DNA of 64,000 nt from Antedon mediterranea (lineage: Eukaryota > Animalia > Echinodermata): NCBI RefSeq assembly GCF_964355755.1, contig NC_092671.1, positions 12,524,001 to 12,588,000 on the forward strand, given 5' to 3'. Below the pieces are notes generated by a model, which did no database searches, was not told the origin of the DNA, and saw only the letters and a list, made by a program, of their open reading frames with translations. The position numbers and the translations under genes are program-made. Below, piece by piece: positions 51,601 through 63,600 of the stretch (positions are counted from its first letter, which is position 1; the number at the start of each line of letters is the position of its first letter).

Positions 51601-54600
51601 CTGGTATATTAATTCTCAATTCTCTACTAATATTATTAGAAGATTATAATGCAAAATATGGATAAATAAATTATTAAAAGGTGTTATAAACTAACATTTC
51701 AATATGAACTGTTTCAAAAGTATTTCATATAATAATTGAAGGATTTGATATCAAATTGTGTTTCCTAATTTACTTGAAATGTTGAAAGCAATATAATAAA
51801 TTCAACACTTTATAAAATTTGTATTCAAATATTTCAGAATTTATAAATAAGAGATTTTAGTTCCATAGAATTAATAGCATTTTGCTTGGTAAATTATTAC
51901 TCTTAGATATTGTTCATTTGTTATTACTAATTTCATTCACTATAATTTGCATATTTCATTGTTAATTGATTCATTATTCATTGGTTAAAATTGTATTAGT
52001 CATGTAGCTCACTTGAAACCCTGTCTTGCACAAAATATAAAAAGGCTCCAAATCTTTAGGCTGGATGTACTGGGCTGTATTACAGTTAAATTAATAAAAT
52101 CCAGTTTTAGTAAACTCACCATTTGCATAATTTGCAAAATCAATATTGTCTTGTTAATGTACTGTAAAATGACCATATTACAGATTTTGCACACACATAG
52201 TGATGTAGCAGCCATTTTGTTTTTGTGCACGACAGGTTTACATGACACACACCTAAATGTTTCTTATTCATAGTGTTTTAAATAACACAGTTATCTTATA
52301 TTTCCCATTTTGGGAGTTCTAACTAATTGTTCTATACAGTTTATATTATGGATATGCTTTACTAATAATATTTGAGATTACCGTACTTTTTATGAATAAG
52401 TAACATTAAAATATATAACTTTATTGACCATTTTTTGGCCACTATTTGAAACAGAAACCATCAATATTTTAAACTTATTTGCAATAGTACGGTAATCTTC
52501 AGTTTACTCTTCAATTCAACTGGACTACAGTAGATCTCCTCTTTTGAGACACCCCTTTTTTGGAGATGCCCTATTAAGGAATCAATGTTCCAATAATATA
52601 CCTACACCATGACCCATATTCAAGGTATCTTCTTAATTGTGGTTCTACTGTATATTTTTGGTTTCCTATACATTTTTATGGAATGTTTTTATAATTAGAG
52701 AAAAAAACTTGACCCCTTTCACATATCTCCTAGCAAAACTCTGAGATGCAAAACCTACATTTTGTATGCTGTAAACTCTGGAGTTTGATGGAGGTGATGT
52801 GAAAGGGGTACTGGGAGTATTCTTCAGAAATTCCATGTTTATTCCTGAGGTATTCAGCCTCAAATTTACAAATGCGTAAGTTCAAGAAGACGAGAACTCC
52901 TGTTAATACCACTATGAACTGAAGGGTAAACTTGATTGTCTTTCAGTTATAATGTTTTAATAAAGGCAGTGGAGTACTAATATAGTTTATACAATGCCAT
53001 CAGCTTTTACTATGTACATAGAATAATATCTATGCAAAATTAACACATCATTATAATTGCAATAAGTACTGCATTCACACATGGTGAATTTGTTTAGTAT
53101 TTCAATTGAGTTAAATAAAGTTTATTTGATTTTTTATTTGAAATTAAGATATGTGTGTGTTGATAGTTAAAATAAAATTATATTTTAGTGACAGATTATG
53201 ATTGGTATCTTTGGTGTTTTTGTTTTAGAAGTCTTTGATTGGAATAGCCCAGCCAGTTAACCCTTTTTTATTTATTACACAAATGTTGCGTTGTAAGAAC
53301 TTCATAGTGCAGTAATAATAACATAAATTACACTTGTTTTAATACTTTATGTATTAACTACATGCTACTAAAAATGGGTGTGTTAAACAATACGACATGG
53401 AAAGTTATTGCCAAACATGACAACATAGTATGTTCTTGCCAAACATTCTGTAGTCAACTATTTCAGAAAATAAACTTCTTGCCAAATATTTGCCTAATCA
53501 TTTGCCTTAACAATTTCACATATGCCTAAGGGATGGTGGTATAATTTCAAATATCTGATTACATCAAAACAGTTTAACTTTCCAATGATGAGATTTTTTA
53601 ATTACCGGTGTAGACTAATTTGTTGTTTATTTTGATTTTTTTTGTCATTGCAATTATCGTATTTGTTGGTAATTTTTCTAGCTTTACACTTTGTATTCTT
53701 TAATACTTTGTCAAAGACATTCTTCTGTCAGCTTGGAAAGAAAAGCAACAGAATTGCAGCTGTCTGGGATAAAATTAATATTAAAAAGTCTTATTTACTA
53801 CTGCATTCTTTTTTTGTTGAAACTGAATTCTATTTTTAATTGTATTGATTTTATTAAAGAAATTAATCAATTTTTTTTATTCAGACTGTTTCAATTCAAT
53901 CTGACTATTCCAATTAAATGAATTTTGCTACCAGATGGCTATTGACACTTCTGTTGACACATGGGTACATTCAGAGACTGTATACTAGATCATTACTATA
54001 GTATTTTATGTACCTCAGGACATTAATTACCTATTAACATCACTAATATTTACTAAACCTTACAAGATGGTGATGAATTACCACATTTGTTGTGCACTAA
54101 CAGTAACCTTTATAGTTTCATTTCACTTCCCCATTTCTCAGATATATATAATATATATTTGCATTGTGTATTGTAAATGAAATGTTAGATGCTTACAAAT
54201 TAGAATCAAAGAAAATTGGATTTAACCATTTTTTTATGTTAAATATGATTGAATAAATTTAAAAAGACATAATTTAACCATAATTATACAAAAACATATG
54301 TGATTTCTTTATTTGTATCCATGCTTCTTATATGATATTTGTGGACATTTTTGTTAATAGAATTGAAAGAAGCACCAGAATTCAAAAAGAGACTAGACAA
54401 TTACGAAGTTGAAGAAGGAGATCGTGTAGAGATGGAAACGTACATAAATGGATACCCAAGACCGATGATTCGATGGTACCACAATGGTGAGGAGATCAAA
54501 TCATCAGTTGACGTCAATATAACACAAACTGGAAACACAAATAAGCTTATAATTCCTGAAGTGTTTGAAGAGGATGCAGGCGAATACATATGCAAGGCTG

Positions 54601-57600
54601 AGAATGCAGCTGGAGTAGCCCAATCTATTGCAGATCTTAAAGTTAGACGTATGTTTTTTTCTGTTTTTGAAATTGGTTTAGTACAAAACATATAAAATTA
54701 AGCTTGAGTAATTTCTTGCAAAATGCCAAAGAAATACTCTGAATTTGACTTTCTGATGGATATCAATGAGATCTGAATTCTCAAAGAAAGCCTCATATCT
54801 GGTAAAACAAAGCAATATCATGCATTTGTACTTTATGCATATTTGTATTATCTGTTCTGCAAATAAAAAGAATGTTGATGTCATCCACGGTCTCATGAAG
54901 CAGAACAGTATGTGGCTTGTTACTAAATTAAAATTGTTTCATTTTTTTGTGATTAGGAGTAGTGACAGAGAAACCAGCAGTTGCTGCAAAGGTACAAGAT
55001 GAAGAGGCATCAGTACCTAAAAAACCAAGCCAACAAGAAACACCAAGCAAAACGGATGGACCAGGACCTTTAAAACCTAGAGTTTCACCAGCAATATCAT
55101 CAAATCTGACAATGTTTGAAAATGCACCACCAGCAGGTTTACCTAAGAGCATGTCACCATCACATAAAAAGACAACAGCTGATGGAGAAGCATCAAAGAT
55201 ACAACCGACTACCTCTGTTGAGGTTTCAAAGAAGATGCCACCAGGTCCAGGACCACCTAAGATTGCAGCTCCAGTTCCACCAAAAAAGATGATAACCCCT
55301 GCTCCTCCCACTCATAAAGCAGAACCTACAGTAAAACCTGAAATAACTGAACCTAAAATGACACCTCCAACACAACCTAAAGCTCAACCTCCAGCACAAT
55401 CTAAAGTAACGCCTCCAGCGCCACCAATACAGGCACAACCAAAGCCTTTATTAGTGGCACCAACTTTCACAAAGGTAATATATCTAGGAAATAATCTATA
55501 ATAATTGTACTCTTTTGATATTTATGGTATTTAAACAAAAAATAAGTTTACTGTGCATTTTAGTATGTACTTACTTTTGTATAATGAATAAGGCTCATGC
55601 CTATTACTTGCTCCTGGCAAGATGAAATGTAAAACTTGTACTTTAAAGAACTTTTGCCAACTAAATATTATTATTATTACTATTATAAACTGGAACAAAA
55701 ATGAATTAAATCTTCTCTCACCAGCTTCTGCAAGATATCACAGTTGACGAAGGTTCTCAAGCTGAACTAAGCTGTCATGTGACAGGAAAGCCTGAACCGG
55801 AAGTAAAGTGGAAACGTGATGGAGAACGATTAGACTCATCTGTTGATTTTGAAATTGTCTACAAAGATGATGATGCAACACTCACAATACCTGAAGTATT
55901 TCTTGATGATGCTGGTAGATTTACATGTTCGGCCACAAACACAGAAGGTGAAAGGTCGACATCATGTGTGTTAAAGGTTAAAGGTAAAATATTCTTTTTT
56001 TTTTATTAGAAGCCAATTCATTCATTTTCAAAAGATAGAGTCAGATTTCTCCAGTTCTCATGTATCTTCTAGTTAGTTCAGCTGTTGCCATATGGTATTT
56101 TCCCATCATTTTTGTTGATTTAAATGAAAATATGCACTTAATTTTATTTGCAGCTGCTGAAATACCAGAAATGAAAGGTATGCAGATTACACCTACTGCT
56201 GAATCTTTTAGGTGAGTAATTACATCTGTGCATTGATTATTGTGGATAATTAACCAATTAATTATCTTGAACAATTTGAACTAATCATAAAATGTCTAAG
56301 TAAAAGTTACACTGTATATAATATATTTATATTGTTTTCATACAAGGACTAATTTTTTTCATTTAGGCAACCAAACAAGAAAAACTTACTAGCCCCTTGC
56401 TTTACCAGAACATTGCAACCTGTAAAGCTAGTGGAAGGTATGAGGGCCAGGTTTGAATGTCAAGTGGAGGGTTACCCAATTCCTGAAGTAGTGTGGCTAA
56501 TGAAAGGCCTACCAATAGCACATGGATATAGGTTAGTAGCAAGTTTATTATTGTTATATGAAAAGACAGTATTTTTTTTTATAATCATATGTTATATATC
56601 TTTCTATAAAAATATATTTTGTGTAAATTTATGATTATTTTGTCAACAGATTTATAATAAAACACAATGAACAAACTGGAAAGTGTATTCTTGACATTAC
56701 AATGGCTCTCCGAGATGACATAGGCGAATTTACATGCATAGCTAAAAACCAAGCAGGACAAACAACTACCACAAGTCCATTGCTTCCAGAAGGTAAGACA
56801 CTATCTACACTATCAAACTATTTTGACAAAAAAAATGATGTGCCCAAATTTGGTAGTGATATGACATCATCATGAGGGCACATCACATTATTTTTGTCAA
56901 AAACTAAGGAATATAATTTAAACTACCATTTTTGTTGTAGCGGCATACAACCATTGGTTTAAACAACAAGAACTTGAACGAGAGAAGCGAGAACGCCAAG
57001 AACAACAGTTGGCTTATGCACTTGAGATGGAACGACAGAACTACATGGCATCCCAACAGCCAACTCAAATGGGATTAATGTCCCCTGAACCTGTAAGTTA
57101 CTTTAATCTAAATGTGTTATTGAATAGTTTATTTATTCTTTAACATGTTTGGTTTTCCTTTAAAAAGGATAGTAGATTTTGTTTTATTAAGCATTATTTT
57201 GAGTTGATACGATTGATTTTTTATTTTACATTTCTCGTAAAGAATATCCCCATTTAATTGAAATAATTATTTCTAACAATTCTTGCATTATGGTTAAAAC
57301 ATGAGTGTAAAGTGTATCATTTTTTATGTTACTATGATCTTTAATGATGCTTTTTGAATAAATAAATCTGATTTGTAGGAGGAGGTACCAGTGGCACCAT
57401 TTGAGAAGCGCCTCATGTCTGAGGTAGCTTTCAGGGAGCGTAGCATGAGTCAAGATCGTATATCATTACCTGACAAAGACCAGGTAGCAATATTGTTGTG
57501 GCATGAATATATATATTTTGTTTAAATGCAAGCATAATTTGAATATTTGTATTTTGTAAACACATTTATTAGAATTAATTGTAGCATCTTAGGCAAAATG

Positions 57601-60600
57601 TTTCTTCAGTTTTTTAATGGGAAAAAAAGTTACATTAAATTTAATTTACAACAATTTTTTCAAAGGCTGTTAAACTTTCGCCATTTGAGAGACGTTTAAT
57701 GACTGAAGTTTCATATAGAGAACGTGTCACTGGTGATCCGGATTTAGAGCGTGCACACTTAGCAGTTGATAAGGTAGTCAACAAGTGTAACAAAAGTGCA
57801 TGTGATTATTTGTTTAGTGAATTAACAAAAGTAATAGTAGATTTGATTAGTTTGTATATGTTCATTGCCATTCCCTATTTCATGTAATTTTAGCTGTTTT
57901 CTTGACCACATTTTTAGCAGTAAATTATTACCTGGTATATTGATGTGGTACTGTCTACTCTTTGAAAACCATACTTTCTAGGGAATCTGCCATTCCGGTC
58001 ATGCCTTGAGTGTTGCATTTTATACAAGACCTTTTTAAGTCGTAAAAAACCCATCTACCTTACCAATAATGTAATAACATAGAATGTAATAATTACTATT
58101 AAAACAATTACTCCATTTCACTTAACTCAACTCAACTGTGTCAACTAGGTTCCTTTCAGTTGAGTTAAGTTAAATTACATGTCGACATAAGAGCACCTTT
58201 AGCGTTGTTTAATGTACACTGAAGATTAGTATAGAAAACATCATGTTTCACATACAAGTCCAGTATCATGCTTGTTGTTCAATGTTACCCTCATACTGAG
58301 ACTTAGTTTATAGAGCATGAGTTCATTTACTAACAGTTACTTTGAGGTAATGTGTACTGAATTAAGACAGATGTACATACATTGAATTTGTTGTAAGTGG
58401 TTAATGTAGTAAATTAAGAGTATAAAGTAAAATATATAATATGTATGTATTTCTATGTTCAACATTTCTCTTTATGTATAATGCATTTATTTAGTTGTCA
58501 ACTGGCTTCTGATTTCAGGACTATATGGTTTCTCCTTTTGAGTCACGGCTTGCACAAGAGATATCATTCCGCGATCATACCTTAGGTGTAGACGAAGCAG
58601 ATCAGGCCACAGTCAAGCCTCCAGTGGTCTGTACTGCTGTTGTTGTTTCTGATTGTTTTGCTTGTCCAATTTGGAGTGCTAATTTGATTTAGAAAAATAA
58701 TAATTAATAATAATGAAATGTAATATTAAAGAGCAGATTTTATTAATTCGTTTGATTAACTATATGATGATTTTCTTTTATAGTTTTAGCTTTTCCCTGA
58801 ATGATATTTGCTGGAACTCCTAAAATATTATTAATACTGGTATTGGTATATTGTTCCTGTAACATTAAAACTCCTTATGTTAACTTTAAACCAATTGCGT
58901 TTACATTAGTTATTTTGATCCTTAGTTTAAGCATTACAATTATTAACAGTGAATGAAAAAGTTTGACCACAAAGAGCTGAGAGCTGTTTGATATCAGATA
59001 TTTATAGAATTAATTTCCGCATGATAATCTACAATATCTTAACTGTGTGCTCTAATCAATTTAATATTCCCATTTTCATATCATTAAATGTTGAATTGTT
59101 TTGTGTATTTTAAAAATATATATGGAGTATGACATGTATTGTTTATTTAAATTTGATATCTAACAGTTTTCATAATAATTTTGATTTCTTTACAGATACA
59201 GATTCAGTAAATGTTTTCATCTAATTCCTTTCAATTTTTTGTTTACAAGTTCAAAGACTGATTTCAATACTGTACAAAATTGAATGAATTTTTTGTAAAA
59301 TAATAATAATTTTAAAAGATTGCTTATATTTGACGTTAAATAGTGTAAGAAAAGGATTGATTCATCAAGTAATAACAATGGTATTAGGTTATTAAATGTT
59401 TTTCCCACATTGTAACATCCCTAGTCTGTTTATTATGATACAACAAATACAGTAAAACTTGGTTTTCATGTTTTAATTCACAGGCTTTTGACATTGACGA
59501 GTTTGAGGCTGAACTTTTAAAAGGCTCAGGATTTGATGCTAAAGATGGTACATTGACTGAGACAGACACAGAAACAGAGTACACTGAATCTGAAATGGAG
59601 ACCGACACGGATGCGTTGGCTGCTCCTAGATTTGTGAAAGAGATGAAGAACGTACAGTTGATGGAAGGATCTCCAGTAACTCTTAGTTGCAGAGTCACTG
59701 GTCGACCAAAACCTATGGTTAGTGGAATATGATTTGTTTGTCACAGGATTTGGTCTGCCCAAGGACTTTGTTTGTATTTGTATTGACTACCTAGGCTTGA
59801 TGTTCATTATTTTTATTTTTTAGATTCAATGGTTTAAAAATGGATACATTGTTAGAAAGTCACAGCGGGTAGAGGTACGCCAGACTGAAGGCTTCTGTTC
59901 TTTGAGAATAAATTTAGCTCTGCCAGGTGATTCAGGCCACTACACAGTACTTGCTGCTAACACTGCTGGTAATGCAGTGTGTTCAGCAAGGGTGGTAGTC
60001 AAAGACACAAAAGGTGATGATAAACCACAGCATATGAAAGGTGTAATGGGAGCCAGAGTCAGAGTGTAAGTAACTGTCTTGTAATAATAGTTAGTTTATG
60101 AATGCACAACAGAGCATTTACTGGTGCGTGATGCTCATGTCAATATGTTACATAGGTGATTGCATATCTTTAGTGTCTATGCACTAATTGTAAATATCTT
60201 CCTTTTTCAAATCATAGTGCCGTTTACATTACTTTTCATTGTTATTTACTGCAAACAAGTGGTGGTTTTTATTACTGCATTCTTGTAATCTTATTGTTTT
60301 CATATTAAAATAGTTCCAATATAATTTGTATGTTTATTATCTAAATCACATGTATAATTCCGTAGGGAAAGTAAAGTATACAACATGCCAGACAGAGGTT
60401 TCATAGAGGGTGAGGTGAAGGAGAAGTATTACAGGCCCTCATTCAAGGAAATTCCCCAGGATTTGACAGTACGAGAAGGAAAAGTAGCAAGGTTCAACTG
60501 TAAAGTCACAGGCCGTCCACCACCAGATTTTATATGGTTACTAAATGGACAACCTGTACGATTAGACAGAAACCATCATGTAGGTTTTAAATTTTTTTTA

Positions 60601-63600
60601 GTGAATCATTTTTACAATTTTTCATCTTATTAATTTGAAGTGTTGGTGAGTTATTGGAAGAGATTTTAGGATTCTGATAATCAGCATTTTGTAATTATAT
60701 AGAGACCTGCATGTAGAAGTTTTGTAAATTGCGTGCTTATTTTATCTCAATAGATGATAATCAATGAAGGTGGCATAAATTCTCTTGTAATCTACTACAC
60801 AACACCAAAAGATGCAGGTACATACACATGTACAGCTAAAAACCGTGCTGGAGAGAACCAGTTTTGTGTTAACCTAAATGTTGAAGGTAAGTTTACATGG
60901 TCGTACACTGATGTGAGGTTTCAATTAAAATGTTTTGTTTAATGTGCATTTCCAACGGACAAGCTAGGTTTTTCTCTTTCATAGTTTTGTTTCTTAAAAT
61001 GGCCCGTAGATTCAAACCTTTATTGTTAGCTTATATTGCTAAAGCCCTAAATTTGTTGGTTTTAAACAGCTAAAGAGAGAAAGGTTGCACCATCATTTAT
61101 TGATCGTATCCAGAACGTGGCTGTGAAAGTTAATGAATCGGCAACAATGCAGTGTAAGGTTGCTGGTACACCTACACCCACAGTCTCCTGGCAGAAAGAT
61201 GACCATTTCATTCATCCAGATGACAAACACTACACAACAGAAGTCAAAGATGGCGTGTGTACATTGCATATCGACAATGTACAAAGATGGGATTCAGCAT
61301 GGTATAGCTGCACAGCATTGAACTCAGCTGGTAGAACATCATGCAGAGCTAAGTTAGTAGCCCAAGTTGAGAAACGTCCCTCTTCTGAGCCCAGACAGTT
61401 GGTCATTCCAAAGAGATCACCTGTTTTACCGTAAGTTACTACTCAGTTAAAAAGATTTTTTGAAAGTTAAATTGCTTTTGGAGTATTAAAATATCTTCTG
61501 TTTATAATTTGGCAATTATTTATGAATATTATGGCTCTATTTTGTAGTACTGTAACTGATACAACCCCAATTTTACCAAGCTATGTACAACCTGAGCGAT
61601 ATTCTGATGAGGAAAAGCAACAGAAAAAAGAGGCACCGAAAGTTGAGGTGCAGTTGCATAATATCACTAGTAAAGAAGGTTCACCTGTATCATTCAAGTG
61701 CCGTGTGTCACCCTCTGGAGACCCTACCCTCAAGGTTGAATGGTTTAAAGATGGTCAGCCTATCAAATCAGGTACAGTAACTTAATATAAGAACTTGTAT
61801 TGCAGCAGAAGAGATTGCATGGTCACAACAAAGAGTGCATGTGGAGCACAGACAGAAGAACATTGTAAGGGTATATCAAAAAGACATTGCTCTTTTCAAA
61901 CTTTATATAGATAAGAAGATGTTCTACAGTATGTTATTATTGGGAAGTTCATAAAATATTTTATTCCATGTTTGTTTTTACATAGGTTCACGATATATCA
62001 CCTCTTCAGAGTTTGGAATCTGTAGTTTAACAATTAATGGTATTTTCCCTGAAGACGCTGGTCGTATCACTTGTTTAATAACCAATGAAGGTGGTACATG
62101 TCAGACAACAGCAATGTTAACATGCTTAGGTAAGTATTGCATTGTTTGTCTGTTATTTTTGTTTTGTTTTTGTAATACTCCCCTTATAATTGTGCAGCTG
62201 AGCATGCACAGAATGATGTTTTTGATTGGATGGCTGCGTAGTCAAGTGGTGTGTCATGAAAATAAGAGCTCCCTACTATCAATGACTCTGCACACATAAA
62301 AGAGAGGACAATCTTAATAATAGTATACATTTTGAAGAATAAATCAGAAAAAAATATGTTAAAAAGAATTCTGAATATTAAGTTTGAGCAATTAACACAT
62401 CTGTTTTTATAAATTTATTTTGTGTAGCAAAAGATGCAGTTATTCTTGAGACACAGCTTCCTGAAGAGATGCAAGGGATTCAGAAAACACTTGCTTATGA
62501 AAAAGCTCTTAGAGAGTAAGTAAATATACTCTTCAACCTGTATATTGAATACTTTTTATTTAGTATATTTCCCAATATTCTATAATTTTGTAATACTGCT
62601 TTACTTGTGTAATGCACTAAGTTTTTGAAGTCATTACAAGCGGCAGACGCTTCTGGTCCGTCACTTCTCGTACCAGTAAATTCAGTAATAATTTTTACTC
62701 ATCTGCTGCTGAATGTTAAAGAATGATGTACTATGTTTTTGAATTGTATTGTCCTAGTCTCAGAGCAACACAATTTCCTTGTATTTTCAGAGGAACCTTA
62801 AACACTGAAGATGAGGCATCAGAGGAAGATGAGCATGGTGAGCCATCCTTTGTAAAGATTCCTGAAGAGGTTAAATGTGTGGAAGGTGGTCCAGCTCGAT
62901 TCTCCTGTCGTCTTACAGGATATCCTCTTCCAAGAGTGTCTTGGTACAAAGATGGCATCCAACTTATTTCTGTAAGTTATCAATTTGTTACTTTTGTGTA
63001 AATTGTTTTGAAAAATGTAAAAATTATTTAAATTGTACCATATGTACCAAAACTATGATTTTGTTTTCCAAAAAATGTATATCATGCATATGAGGTCTTT
63101 TTATTTTTCACAGAGTTCTAGAATAAAAATATGCTTTGATGGATTACATCATCTTGAGATCCCAAAGACAAGACCTTACGATGCTGGCGAAATTAAGGTT
63201 GAAGCTAAGAATAAATATGGCACAGTCAGCTATACAACAAAACTGAGTGTCCTCAGACGGGAAGATTTCAATATTCAACTGCGACCTGCTTCAAGAGGTA
63301 AAGTTTTTCTTTTTCAATTTTGAAATTCAAAAAACTTTTAATATTTACAATAAAAGGACCATAAAAAAAATACTGTTTATATAATTGCAATTAAATGAGA
63401 CAATAACACTAAGATGTAAAAAGTTAATGGTGGATATTTTTTGTAAAATCAGTAATAGTTTAGTTTATATTGTTATGTTCCTTTATTTAATCAGAAGAGC
63501 AAACAAAAATGCAAAATCAATTTGAAGAGCAACGACTAGCAGCAAAGATTGGCAAGCCATCTACAGCACAAGACAAAATGGTTCCAGCTCATGCTGTAAA

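Noticed and set aside
52734-52744. C-terminal AKL as a peroxisomal PTS1 signal
   Set aside because: The exon is itself unproven, and a tripeptide match on a giant sarcomeric protein is most likely chance.
54928-55438. Antisense ORFs over exons (also 25064-25381, 39803-40264, 54401-54691, 59384-59698, 26375-26713)
   Set aside because: Shadow frames of real coding exons with no independent protein features.
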